From an uncultured Nitrospirota bacterium (GTDB taxonomy: Bacteria > Nitrospirota > Nitrospiria > SBBL01 > CAZOFZ01), in contig CAZQIT010000174.1 in assembly GCA_964592995.1 (NCBI GenBank), forward strand, positions 1 to 39,215: a stretch of DNA of 39,215 nt, written 5' to 3'. The position numbers and the translations under genes are program-made. Of this stretch, positions 24,574 through 34,800 are shown piece after piece. The notes under the pieces are model-generated. The model did not search any database, had not been told where the DNA came from, and worked only from the letters and a program-made list of their open reading frames with translations. Each line of letters starts with the position of its first letter. Positions within the stretch are counted from its first letter, which is position 1.

Positions 24574-26514
24574 TCACGGTGCCGCCACAACCCCCTGCTG
24601 CTTTTGAAAGAGGGCGATCACTTCATCGACGGTGGTGGCGTCGCGGGCGCTTTTGTCTTCTCGGACAAACCCCCGCACGCGCGGAAAACGCAGGGCGTAG
24701 CCTGCCGTAGAGATTTTCAGGGGCGATTCATGAATCGCCCCTACGTGCACACCACCGTCCATCCGGACCGTCCTCTGCGCCTCTGCGGTGAATCCTGCCG
24801 TCCCGTCGTCGTCTGCTGCGCGAAGCGTATCACCGTGCGCAGCACCGCCGGCGGTGTGGAGTTGGGAGCGCGTGATTTCGTCTGCGGTAACGGCCACCAC
24901 ATATTTGGGGTGTATCCAGACATCGGGGGTGATCGCCGAGCAGACCTGCGGCGGGCATTCGGGCGAGGCCGCTTCATCCAGCATCGCCTTGAGACGAACG
25001 AGTTCGTCTTCGGAGAAGCCGCTGCCGATTTTGGAGACGGTGAAGAACCGATCCTGCGCCGGATCGTACACCGCGCCCAGAATGGTGCCGATACCCAACG
25101 CGGCCCGCTGTCCCTGCCCCGCCCAATAACCCACGATGCACAGATCCAGCGAGTCGGCCAGGCGGTAGCTGCGCTTCAGTTTGATCCAGTTAAAATTGCG
25201 TGCGCCCGCCGCGTAAGGGGCGTCCAAACGCTTGGCCACGATCCCTTCCAATCCCCGCCCCACTGCCGCTTCGAAAAAGGCCTCCACTTCGGCGGGCTGC
25301 TCGGTCTGAATCGCCTCGGCCACCGCCATCACGCCCCTGCGAGGGGTGCGACCCCTGCGAGGGGTGCGGCCCCTGCGAGGGCTACGGGCGTCTGCGTGGA
25401 CGATCTCGACGACCTCGACGATCTTGGCCCGCCGCTCGGCATACGGGCGGCCCGTCCAGTCCTCCCCATTGAGATAGAGCAGGTCGAAGACGAAGAACTT
25501 CAGCGGGAGACTCTGGGCGATGGCGTCCACGCCATGTTTGCGCTTTCGCTGGCTGGTGATTTGAAACGGCAATAGTGCGCCAGTGGCTTCGTTAAAGGCC
25601 AGCGCCTCTCCTTCTAGGATGACGTCCTGATCGACAAAGAGCCACCGGGCGGCCTCCACGATTTCGGGAAACATCTCCGTCGTCCGTTCCTGGTTGCGCG
25701 AGAAGAGGGTCACGTCATCCCCTGATTTGTGCATCTGGCAGCGGAAGCCGTCGTACTTCACCTCCACGGCGCAGCGGCCCATGCGGGCGATGATGGCCTC
25801 GGAGTCGGTCTCCCGTTCGCAGAGGGCGGGGCGGATGGGGTAGCCGATGCGGACGGAGAGATTGCGCACACCCGCCTCCCCCGCCTGGTAAAGCGTGCGC
25901 GCCACCAGGCCCAGGTCGGAGGTGATGTGATAGGCGCGGTCCAGGATGGGACGAAAGGCCTGATCTCCCCGCGAGAGCGCCAGGGCCGAAAGAACGGTGG
26001 CGTCGCCCACGCCCAGCCGGAGTTTTCCGGCGATGAAGCGGGCGATGTATTTGGCTTCCACCGCCGGATGAGACCGAAACAGATCGCAGACGGCGTCAAT
26101 TTTCCGCTCAACGCTTCCCTCGCCGGAAAGAGTGGTGAGATGAAAAATGGCTGCGTAGACTTCGGAAACGGAGTGGCGTTGGCCCGTACCGGTGAGGTGT
26201 TTCTCCGCCACCCACCCGATGTCGCCCAACTCCCGATAGTCTTGGTGGAGCAATTCGAGTGCCACGCCAGACGCCTGGGCCAGAGCGCGCAGCAGGTATT
26301 TTTCGGACAAGCCGAGCGTGACGCCGTGGAAGGCAGGAAGCAGTTCGCCCTGCATGAAATAGATGATCTGACCGATCTCGTCGGCGCAGTCTTCGCGGAC
26401 GGCGTCGGCCCCGCTGACCGCGCGGAAGAGGTCGGAAAGGAGGGCGAACATCTCCAAGCGTTTGGAGGTTGCCGAGAGCTGTTCAAAACAATGGACCAGC
26501 GTGAGAAATTGCAC
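24574..26514 (-). CDS. lig: ATP-dependent DNA ligase, Lig1/archaeal type (DBD, adenylation and OB domains), 646 aa with two in-frame repeat insertions
   Basis: Motif I EVKYDGFRCQ (the adenylated Lys), motifs EGEALAF, FVFDLLYLNG and GIVAKRLDAPY, and motif VI LRFPRVRGFVREDK. GTG start at 26514. Confidence 0.9.
   Translation of the reverse strand: MQFLTLVHCFEQLSATSKRLEMFALLSDLFRAVSGADAVREDCADEIGQIIYFMQGELLPAFHGVTLGLSEKYLLRALAQASGVALELLHQDYRELGDIGWVAEKHLTGTGQRHSVSEVYAAIFHLTTLSGEGSVERKIDAVCDLFRSHPAVEAKYIARFIAGKLRLGVGDATVLSALALSRGDQAFRPILDRAYHITSDLGLVARTLYQAGEAGVRNLSVRIGYPIRPALCERETDSEAIIARMGRCAVEVKYDGFRCQMHKSGDDVTLFSRNQERTTEMFPEIVEAARWLFVDQDVILEGEALAFNEATGALLPFQITSQRKRKHGVDAIAQSLPLKFFVFDLLYLNGEDWTGRPYAERRAKIVEVVEIVHADARSPRRGRTPRRGRTPRRGVMAVAEAIQTEQPAEVEAFFEAAVGRGLEGIVAKRLDAPYAAGARNFNWIKLKRSYRLADSLDLCIVGYWAGQGQRAALGIGTILGAVYDPAQDRFFTVSKIGSGFSEDELVRLKAMLDEAASPECPPQVCSAITPDVWIHPKYVVAVTADEITRSQLHTAGGAAHGDTLRAADDDGTAGFTAEAQRTVRMDGGVHVGAIHESPLKISTAGYALRFPRVRGFVREDKSARDATTVDEVIALFQKQQGVVAAP
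24719..24742. repeat. Perfect 24-nt palindrome AGGGGCGATTCA|TGAATCGCCCCT inside the ligase OB-domain insertion
   Basis: Read directly. It encodes ...VGAIHESPL... on the minus strand. Confidence 0.92.
25334..25387. repeat. 3 x 18-bp tandem repeat (CCCCTGCGAGGGGTGCGA, CCCCTGCGAGGGGTGCGG, CCCCTGCGAGGGCTACGG) inside the ligase
   Basis: Read directly. It encodes SPRRGRTPRRGRTPRRG. The middle unit is identical to the first unit of the array at 23558. Confidence 0.92.
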
Positions 26515-26571
26515 AAACTTCCTGGTGATGCGTCGTGCCCCCGTCAGACGGCCTTTATCCGTCGGGAGGCA

Positions 26572-28215
26572 TTACATCAGCAGTTTATATTCGATGCTGT
26601 CGACGAGGGCCTGCCAACTGGCCTCAATGATGTTTTCGGAGACGCCGACGGTGCCCCAGCGCCGCTTGCCGTCTCCCGATTCGATAAGGACACGCACCCG
26701 CGCCATCGTCCCGTCCGCCGCCGAGAGGACGCGGACTTTGTAGTCGAGGAGTTTGACCTTCTTGAGGATGGGATAATGGGGTTCCAGCGCCTTGCGCAGC
26801 GCGCGATCCAGCGCATTCACCGGGCCGTTGCCCGTCGCCGCCGTATGCTCAATGTGGCCGTTGATGTTGACCTGAATCGTCGCCTCTGAGGTCAGCGTGG
26901 CCAACGTGGCCAACCTGGCCTGCGAGGCCTGCGTGGCCTGCGAAACCGGCGCGCCGTCTTGGGCCTGCTCTTCGGTAATCACGCGGAACCCCACCAGGTC
27001 GAAGAACCGCTTATGCGTCCCCACGGCCTTTTTCATCATCAACTCAAACGAACCCTCGGCTCCTTCAAATTGAAAGCCCTGGTGTTCCAGCGCTTTGAGC
27101 CGGGACAAAATGGCGCGTGAATGTTCCTCGGTCAAATTCATGCCGAGGGATTCCGCCTTGGCCAGCAGGTTGCTGGTCCCGCCGTAGTCGGAAATGAGAA
27201 TCCGCTGGACGTTGCCCACCCGACTCGGCAGGATATGCTCGTAGGTCTCCGATTTCTTCCGGACAGCATGGACGTGAATCCCCCCTTTGTGGGCGAAGGC
27301 CGAGTCGCCGACATAGGGCTGGCGCTTGTTGTGCGGCAGGTTCGCGATCTCGTTCACAAAGCGCGACGCCTCCCCCAGCCGCTTCATCTGCGCGTCCGAG
27401 ATGCAGGCCCGCTTCATTTTGATCTTCAGATTGGGGATGACCGAGCAGAGGTTGGCATTGCCACAGCGCTCGCCCACGCCGTTGATCGTCCCCTGCACCT
27501 GCGTTGCGCCCCGCGCCACGGCGGTCAGGGCATTGGCCACCGCCATTTCGGAGTCGTTGTGCGTGTGAATGCCCAGGTCCCCCTCCACCCCTTTCCGCAC
27601 CGCCGCGACGATTTCATCCACCTGCCAGGGCATCGTCCCGCCGTTCGTGTCGCAGAGGATGAGACACTCGGCCCCCGCCGACCGCGCCGCCTGAAGCGTT
27701 TTGAGGGCATAGTCCGGGTCGGCCAGCCAGCCGTCAAAAAAATGTTCCGCATCATAAAAGACACGCCGACCTTTGGCGCGCAGATAATCGACGGAATCGG
27801 CAATCATCGTCAGGTTTTTCTCGCCGGAGACACCCAACGCGTCGGTGACATGGAGCATCCAGCTCTTTCCGAAAATCGTCACAATCTCGGTTTCGGCAAA
27901 AAGCAGGGCGGCCAGATTGGGGTCTTCCGACGGCTTGTTTTTGGCCTTTCGCGTGGCGCCAAAGGCGACCAGCTTGGAAGATTTCAGTGGCGCCTTCTTC
28001 ATCTGATCGAAGAAGGCAATGTCTTTGGGATTGACCCCCGGCCAACCCCCCTCAATATAGTGGAGGCCCAGATCGTCCAGTTTTCGGGCGATACGTAACT
28101 TGTCCTCAACGGAAAACGAGACATCTTCCGACTGCGCCCCGTCGCGCAGGGTGGTGTCGTAGATTTGGATGGATCGCATCGTCTGTAGGAGTCCAACCCC
28201 TTGAAGTTTCTGCAT
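26572..28215 (-). CDS. cimA: Citramalate synthase (CimA-type member of the LeuA/HMGL family)
   Basis: [55 protein letters not shown], and a C-terminal LeuA-dimer-like regulatory domain. The likely true start is the ATG at 28179 (MRSIQIYD). Confidence 0.82.
   Translation of the reverse strand: MQKLQGVGLLQTMRSIQIYDTTLRDGAQSEDVSFSVEDKLRIARKLDDLGLHYIEGGWPGVNPKDIAFFDQMKKAPLKSSKLVAFGATRKAKNKPSEDPNLAALLFAETEIVTIFGKSWMLHVTDALGVSGEKNLTMIADSVDYLRAKGRRVFYDAEHFFDGWLADPDYALKTLQAARSAGAECLILCDTNGGTMPWQVDEIVAAVRKGVEGDLGIHTHNDSEMAVANALTAVARGATQVQGTINGVGERCGNANLCSVIPNLKIKMKRACISDAQMKRLGEASRFVNEIANLPHNKRQPYVGDSAFAHKGGIHVHAVRKKSETYEHILPSRVGNVQRILISDYGGTSNLLAKAESLGMNLTEEHSRAILSRLKALEHQGFQFEGAEGSFELMMKKAVGTHKRFFDLVGFRVITEEQAQDGAPVSQATQASQARLATLATLTSEATIQVNINGHIEHTAATGNGPVNALDRALRKALEPHYPILKKVKLLDYKVRVLSAADGTMARVRVLIESGDGKRRWGTVGVSENIIEASWQALVDSIEYKLLM
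26897..26941. repeat. 5 x 9-bp tandem repeat (GTGGCCAAC x2, CTGGCCTGC, GAGGCCTGC, GTGGCCTGC) inside cimA
   Basis: Read directly. It encodes [16 protein letters not shown], between the catalytic and C-terminal domains. Confidence 0.88.
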
Positions 28216-28253
28216 GGGTCACCGAACCTAGCCTGAACGAATTTTTCCGCCGC

Positions 28254-28847
28254 CTACCAGTGGTAGCCGATCAGCAGTCCATAGTACAGGGTACTTGCGT
28301 CCGTATCTGTGTCAAACAAAATCGCTCGCGCACGGGAAAACCGGACATCAAAACCGATGTTCAGATGTTCCGCAACCGTTATGTAAGCCCCACCATCCAG
28401 CCAAACCCCTTCCACCCTATCGGAATCCGACTCCACCACGGTCTCATCCGGGTCACTCTCGGTAAATTGGCTGCTGAAGCTTGCGCTGACGCTTGACAAA
28501 CCGCCACCGATGAAAGGCCGAATCCAGGGCCAGCGGTCCACGACTTTGCGCACGCCCAGGCTGATTTCGGACAGCTTCATCTCCGTGTGAAAGTCATCCT
28601 CATCATCCTTCTCGTCCTGTGACATCCGATATCCCAGCACAATGCTGACGGGCCAGGTCTCATATTTCAAATCGACCGCCAGTCCCAATGTGGCCGGTTG
28701 ATGCAGCGCTTCCCAGTCGTCCTCTTCCAGAACACTGGTTCCGAATGAGGCGTTGAGATTTCCACTCCACCCTTCCATGCCGGCAAATGCCGTCTGTGTC
28801 CACATCACCAGCCACAACAGAGCGACCCCGCCCATGACTTTTCGCAT
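28254..28847 (-). CDS. Small outer-membrane beta-barrel protein (about 197 aa, probably 8 strands)
   Basis: Signal peptide ending AFA, alternating amphipathic strands and a C-terminal aromatic residue (LLIGYHW). GGGAGGAG lies 4 nt upstream of the ATG at 28847. Confidence 0.7.
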   Translation of the reverse strand: MRKVMGGVALLWLVMWTQTAFAGMEGWSGNLNASFGTSVLEEDDWEALHQPATLGLAVDLKYETWPVSIVLGYRMSQDEKDDEDDFHTEMKLSEISLGVRKVVDRWPWIRPFIGGGLSSVSASFSSQFTESDPDETVVESDSDRVEGVWLDGGAYITVAEHLNIGFDVRFSRARAILFDTDTDASTLYYGLLIGYHW

Positions 28848-28955
28848 TTGTCTCCTCCCATAAAAACTCAACACATACCGACTATACTAATCCCTTTTGG
28901 ATCAATTCGGCTTGGATCGTCGGCATATGCTGGAGCGTACCTCACCGTTGATCAT

Positions 28956-31835
28956 CTATTTCGTCTGCACGGCGGCCGTGGCCGATCCGCCAGCGCTGGA
29001 AGTCACGGTCACCGTCCCCGGATTGGCGGCTATATTTGCAAAAGATTTCTGATAAGCGCCGGTCGTGGCGCTATACTTCAACGCACCCAATCCCGTGGCC
29101 GTTAGGGTGGGACCGCTTCCCAGGGAAGTGGTGGCCTGCACCGAAAGCACCAGACGGCTGGCGCTCCAGATGGCCTTCGTAATGGTTACGATGTCGGTAT
29201 TAACCGTGATCGTAAAAGGGACGGTCGCCATAACACTATTTGCGTCCGTTACCCTAAGATCGAATGGAAATGTCCCACTCGATGTCGGCGTTCCCGTAAT
29301 CTGGCCTGTTGCGCCATTCAGGACAAGACCGTTCGGCAACGCCCCCGAAGAGACCGACCAACTATATGGCGTCGTGCCATTCATAGCGGACACCCCGGCA
29401 GCATAAACCACCCCCACGGCGGCCGAAGGCAACACCGTTTGGGTGATCTGCACCGCCAATAGGGTCAGATCACAAAGATCGCCAACCCCGTCGCCGTCCA
29501 TGTCTTCCTGCCCCGCGTTTGACAGCATGGGGCAGTTGTCTACACTGTCCAAGACACCATCGTCATCCGCATCTCCCGCGATTTTCAAGACAACCGCATC
29601 ATACTTCCCCGCCGACGCCGCCTGGTACGGCGACTGAGTTGGAAAATTGGTCGACTTGGTATATCCCGCCACGTAGACATTGCTCATTCCATCGACCGTC
29701 ACTTTTCTTAAGTAATCAGTACCACTCCCCCCAAAGTAAGTGGAGTACACCAGGGCAGAACCATCTACGTTGAGTTTGGTTATGAAGCCATCGTAGGTCC
29801 CAATGGCGCCTGCTTTCGTGGCCTGAAGGGGTGAGACCACTGGAAAATCGACCGAATTCGTGTAGCCAATGGCGTAGGCATTGCCCAAGCGGTCAACGGC
29901 AATCCCATGCACCGTGTCGTTGCTTCCGGTTCCCCCCAGATAGGTGGAGTAGAGAAGGGCCGCGCCATCCGGACTGAGTTTGCTGACAAAACCATCATGC
30001 GTCCCCCCCCGGTGTGTCGCCTGGATGGGATTCACCACGGGAAAGTCAGTCGACCCGGTGTATCCTGCCACATACGCATTCCCCGCTGCGTCCACATCCA
30101 TGTCCATGCTGAAATCCATATCGTTGCCCGCAACGAAGCCGACACTCCCCCCCAAGTAAGTGGAATAGAGCAACGTGGACCCTGCAGCATCCAACTTCGT
30201 GACAAAGGCATCCATCATTCCTCCCAATGTGGGCTGAAGCGGCGAAGCCATCGGAAAATCAGGCGACTCCGTGTGCCCCGTCAGGTAGGTATTTCCGGCG
30301 GCATCCAGCACCACGACATGGCCGGATTCCCCAAAACTCCCCCCCAAGTAAGTCGAATAGAGAAGCGCGGAACCCGCAGGATTGAGTTTCGCGATAAAGG
30401 CGTCGTATTTTGCCTTTGCATCCGTCCCAACAATCGGCGCGTGGGTGGCCTGGATGGGCAGGAAGACTGGAAAGTTAAGCGACCCTGTATCGCCCGTCAC
30501 ATAGGCATTTCCAGAGCCATCCACCGTAATACCATAGCCCGCATCGTTGTCAGCGCCACCCAGATAGGTGGAATAGACCAGCGCGGAACCGGAGGGGTTC
30601 AGCTTGGCCACGAACACATCGAAGCCCCCATTCAAGACGCCCTGGATCGGCGAAACGGTTGGGAAATTCGCTGAAACAGTGTATCCGGTAATATAGGTGG
30701 CCCCCACCCCATCCACCGCCATGCCATTCGCAATATCGTCCCCTTTTCCACCCAAATAGGTGGCATAGACCAAGCTCGACCCTGTCGGGTCCAGCTTGAC
30801 GATGAACAGGTCAAAACCCCCCATCGACACACCCTGCATCGCGGAGGCGGTCGGGAAGTCCATGGAGCGGGTATAGCCTGTCACATAGATATACCCTGCG
30901 GCGTCTACGTCAATATCCTGCGCATAGTCATCTCCCGTGCCCCCAAGGTAGGTCGCGTAGGACAGTATGGGGTCGATGACCAGCGGAAGACGCCGGTCGT
31001 ATGCGGCCACCTGAAAACCGACCGTCTGCTTTTTGACATCCAGAACATAGCCGCCAGAAACCTCGCGACGCAGACCCCCAATCTCTTGATAAACAAAGGG
31101 CCGCCGCATCCGAATCTCACCGCCACCCACATCCAGCAGTAACTCGCCACCGTCGGAAATCCGCAGGGGCGACACCCCGTGATCGCCCTGGGCAAGGGTA
31201 AACCCCATGCGAATCTGCCCAGGATCAGCCCCCGGTGCCAACACAAAGTCATACTCCAACTGTTGCTGATTCCCGTAGTAGAGCAAGTCTACCCCGGGAT
31301 AGACCGACGCATATTTGACCTTGCCGTAGGTCGGAATGCCCGTCCGCCAACGCTTTGGATCGTTTCCGATCAGGTAGTTGACCCGGCCTGGAAGGGCTTC
31401 CGAACCCGTCACCTCCGGTGTTTTGTTGGCACCGACCAGTCGCATCCTTACGGTGGCCAATTTCTCCTCTTCACCCCTGCCCGCCCCTACACCCACCGAC
31501 CGCAAATCGCCGACGGCTGTCCGATCTTCCTCTTCTGATCGCTGACCCCTGATCGCTGACGGCTTCCTCAACGTCAACACCGCTTCGGTAGACGTGAGAT
31601 GCAGTCCATAGCCACTCCCCCGTGAGAAAAATCGGACCGATTCATCCACCTGCCCCGTGTTGGCCTCAAAGTAGAGCGGCAACTGGCCGTATCCCGCAAC
31701 AACGCTTGGTGTCCGTCCAGCCGAAGGCGGCGGGATCGCAGCAAACACGGGGCAGACAAAAACCCCCACCGTTGCAACCCAAGCCGCCACCCGCCCAAAA
31801 ACCAACAAAACACGCCTGTCCGCCTGATTTCTCAT
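28956..31835 (-). CDS. Secreted 959-aa repeat protein: conserved N-terminal module, about 9 SBBP beta-propeller repeats, TSP3-like Ca-binding motif, He_PIG-type Ig domain and a shared C-terminal module
   Basis: Signal peptide, then repeats of the form YSTYLGG.G.D.g.giavD..GnaYvtG.T.S.dFP. Also DSVDNCPMLSNAGQEDMDGDGVGDLCD and LPSAAVGVVY...YSWSVSSGALPNGLVLNGATGQITGTPT. AGGAGGA RBS. Confidence 0.8.
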   Translation of the reverse strand: MRNQADRRVLLVFGRVAAWVATVGVFVCPVFAAIPPPSAGRTPSVVAGYGQLPLYFEANTGQVDESVRFFSRGSGYGLHLTSTEAVLTLRKPSAIRGQRSEEEDRTAVGDLRSVGVGAGRGEEEKLATVRMRLVGANKTPEVTGSEALPGRVNYLIGNDPKRWRTGIPTYGKVKYASVYPGVDLLYYGNQQQLEYDFVLAPGADPGQIRMGFTLAQGDHGVSPLRISDGGELLLDVGGGEIRMRRPFVYQEIGGLRREVSGGYVLDVKKQTVGFQVAAYDRRLPLVIDPILSYATYLGGTGDDYAQDIDVDAAGYIYVTGYTRSMDFPTASAMQGVSMGGFDLFIVKLDPTGSSLVYATYLGGKGDDIANGMAVDGVGATYITGYTVSANFPTVSPIQGVLNGGFDVFVAKLNPSGSALVYSTYLGGADNDAGYGITVDGSGNAYVTGDTGSLNFPVFLPIQATHAPIVGTDAKAKYDAFIAKLNPAGSALLYSTYLGGSFGESGHVVVLDAAGNTYLTGHTESPDFPMASPLQPTLGGMMDAFVTKLDAAGSTLLYSTYLGGSVGFVAGNDMDFSMDMDVDAAGNAYVAGYTGSTDFPVVNPIQATHRGGTHDGFVSKLSPDGAALLYSTYLGGTGSNDTVHGIAVDRLGNAYAIGYTNSVDFPVVSPLQATKAGAIGTYDGFITKLNVDGSALVYSTYFGGSGTDYLRKVTVDGMSNVYVAGYTKSTNFPTQSPYQAASAGKYDAVVLKIAGDADDDGVLDSVDNCPMLSNAGQEDMDGDGVGDLCDLTLLAVQITQTVLPSAAVGVVYAAGVSAMNGTTPYSWSVSSGALPNGLVLNGATGQITGTPTSSGTFPFDLRVTDANSVMATVPFTITVNTDIVTITKAIWSASRLVLSVQATTSLGSGPTLTATGLGALKYSATTGAYQKSFANIAANPGTVTVTSSAGGSATAAVQTK

Positions 31836-31873
31836 CGCTTCCTCCTAACTGTATTCTCGTACTTAACATCGCC

Positions 31874-34800
31874 TTATGGAGTAACCGTAACGCTTGAAAC
31901 GGCCTGTCCGCCCCCCGTCGATGTTACGGTAATGTTGCCCGGATTCAAACCGATGCTTGCGAAGGCCTTCTGATAAGCACCGGTCGTGGCGCTGTAATTC
32001 AAGTTCCCAAACCCCACCACTGTCAGCGTGGGGCTGCTTCCGTACGAACTGGTCGCCTTCACCGAAAGCACCAGACGGCTGGCGCTCCAATTGGCCCACG
32101 TGATGGTCAGAATGTCGGCATTAACCGTGATCGTAAAAGGGGCGGTGGCCGCGACACTGTTTGCGTCCGTTACCCTAAGATCGAATGGAAAGGTCCCACC
32201 CGATGTCGGCGTTCCCGTAATCTGGCCTGTTGCACCATTCAGAACAAGACCGTTCGGCAGCACCCCCGAAGAGACCGACCAGCCATACGGCGCCGTACCG
32301 TCCGCAGCGGACACCACAGCGCTATAGCTCACCCCGACCGCAGCCGAAGGCAACACCGTGGTTGTAATGTGTACCGCAGGCGCAACCGTGATCGTAAAAG
32401 GGGCGGTAGCCGCGACACTGTTTGCGTCTGTTACCGACAGATCAAAGAGAAACGTCCCCCCCGATGTCGGCGTTCCCGTAATCTGGCCTGTTGCACCATT
32501 CAGAACAAGACCGTTCGGCAGCACCCCCGAAGAGACCGACCAGCCATATGGCGTTGTGCCATCCACAGCGGACAATAGGGCAAGATAGTTCACCCCAACC
32601 GCAGCGGAAGGCAATGACAGGGTTGCGATATGGACAGCGGGCGCAATGGAAACCATCAATGGGACGGCAAGCGTTGTGGCATTAGCGTCGGTCACACCAA
32701 CCGTAAAAGAAAACAGGCCGTCAACAGAGGGATTACCCACAATTCTGCCTGTTGCGTCCAGCATGAGGCCCTCTGGCAACACCCCCGATCGCATGCTCCA
32801 TGTGTACGGCGATAATCCTCCCGTTGCAGAAAGCGTGGATTGGTAATCGACCTGCGCCAAAGCATCAGGGATCTGTTGGGTGGTGATCGCTAATGGCGCA
32901 AGGCTGCGCAGTTGTTGGATGCGGGCCGAAAATCCGGCGATCCGAGCGGACTGACTCGGATCGGACACGATATTGGTCATCTGCCAGGGGTCCGTCGGCA
33001 GATCGTAGAGTTCTTGTTCGGCAGTGCTATATTCGAGATACGTCCAGTCTTGATCTCGAATGCCGGCCCAGGTCGGCATCGGATCCTGGGTGCCGCCGGA
33101 CCAGTATTCGATCAGAAAGTCAGACCGCCATGTGGAGGAAGACCCATCCAGAAGTGGAACCAGGCTGCTCCCATCAACTCCCGACGGAAGCGCGATGCCG
33201 CTAAGTTCCGCAATCGTGGGCGCAAGATCAATGTTCAATGCGATGCGGCCCTCCTGGACAGGCGTTGTCTGCCCAGGCATGCGAATCAGCAATGGAAGAC
33301 GGATACACTCCTCATAACCACACCCTTTCGTGGTCCAGCGGTGCTCTCCATTTGCGAGACCGTTATCCGACGTGTAAAGGATCGCAGTGTTATTCAATCG
33401 TCCCGCAACATCCAGGGCCTGGATGATTTTGGCCACCGCCTCGTCCACGGAAAGTAACGACTCCAAGGCCTGCTTCCACCCAGTATCAATCTGTGCACTT
33501 TTAGCTGTCGTAAACAACGGCAACGATTGAACCCATGCAGGCTTATCCGTCACGTCAGCCTCGTTATAGTTGGGTGGACGAAGGGGGGCGATCCCACTCA
33601 AAAGACCCTTGTGTCGAGACGCGGCCTTCGCCGGATTGTGGGGCGCATTTGCGGCAAAGATCAGGAACAACGGCTGACCGGAGGGTGTCGTCTGGATAAA
33701 ATCCACCGCTTTCGCCTTTAGCACATCGACCGCATAGTCCGCATCCGTTGAACCATAGGGTACGGACACGCCATTTTCAATTAAGGTGTAGTTCACGTAA
33801 TAGGGTTGGGAAAAAACCCGCCAATCATCCCAACCCGGAGGAACGTAGGGTGCGAAGGCGTTATAACCATTAAAATACTTCCCAATATAACTTGTTCGAT
33901 ATCCCGCATCATGCAACCAGGTCGCTAACGTGGAGGTGTCGTCAAAACCGGTCATCGTATTTTTCTGGATACCGTGATGAAAGGCATACAGCCCTGTGAA
34001 GATGCTGGCTCGTCCTGGACAGCAGAGCGGTGTGGTGCCAAAGGCATTGGAAAAGGAGACCCCTTTCCCCACCAATTCGGCCTGCACGGCCGGCATCAGG
34101 GATAAATCGTCCCATCGCTGATCGTCGGTCATAATGAGCACAATATTCGGCGCACTGGCATAAGCGGCCGACGGCGGGGTCACTTTGAAATCCACTGCCG
34201 TTTCAAGATTCGTTCCAAACGAGGTCCAGGCGTTGGCCAGTTCCTGGTCATCCACGCCGCGCGTCTGCCAATGATAGGAAGTTCCAACGGTTAACCCGCC
34301 GACCGTGACAATCTTGACGCCTTGCGGACCGAGGACGCTGCTCAGGGTCGCCGTGCCGGTAAAGACCGTCCCCACCGGCTTCACCTCGACATCAAGACGA
34401 ACCTGCTGCAACGCATCTGCATCGCTCATACTCGCCTCAAGGCAGATGCTCGTCGTGGTGATGCTGCCTCCGACCGCCACGATCGCTTCATTGCCGTTGC
34501 AGATCCCGTCATAGATCCGCTGCTGTAAAGCGCCGATGGTGGGGGGCGTATTTACGGCATTGACGGTCGTAGTCGTCATCGCGGAATTATTGGCCGTGTT
34601 CGGATCGACCACACTGTCGGCGACGGTGGCCGTATTGGTCAGCGTTCCTGTAGCGGTCGGCGTCACCCCGATCGTCACGGTCGCGATGGCGCCGTTCGCC
34701 AAATCTCCCAAGCTGCAGGTCACCACACCGCCTGCCTCCAAGCAGGCGCCCTGGCTCGGCGTCGCCGAGACGTACGTCACGCCCGTCGGCAGCGTGTCGG

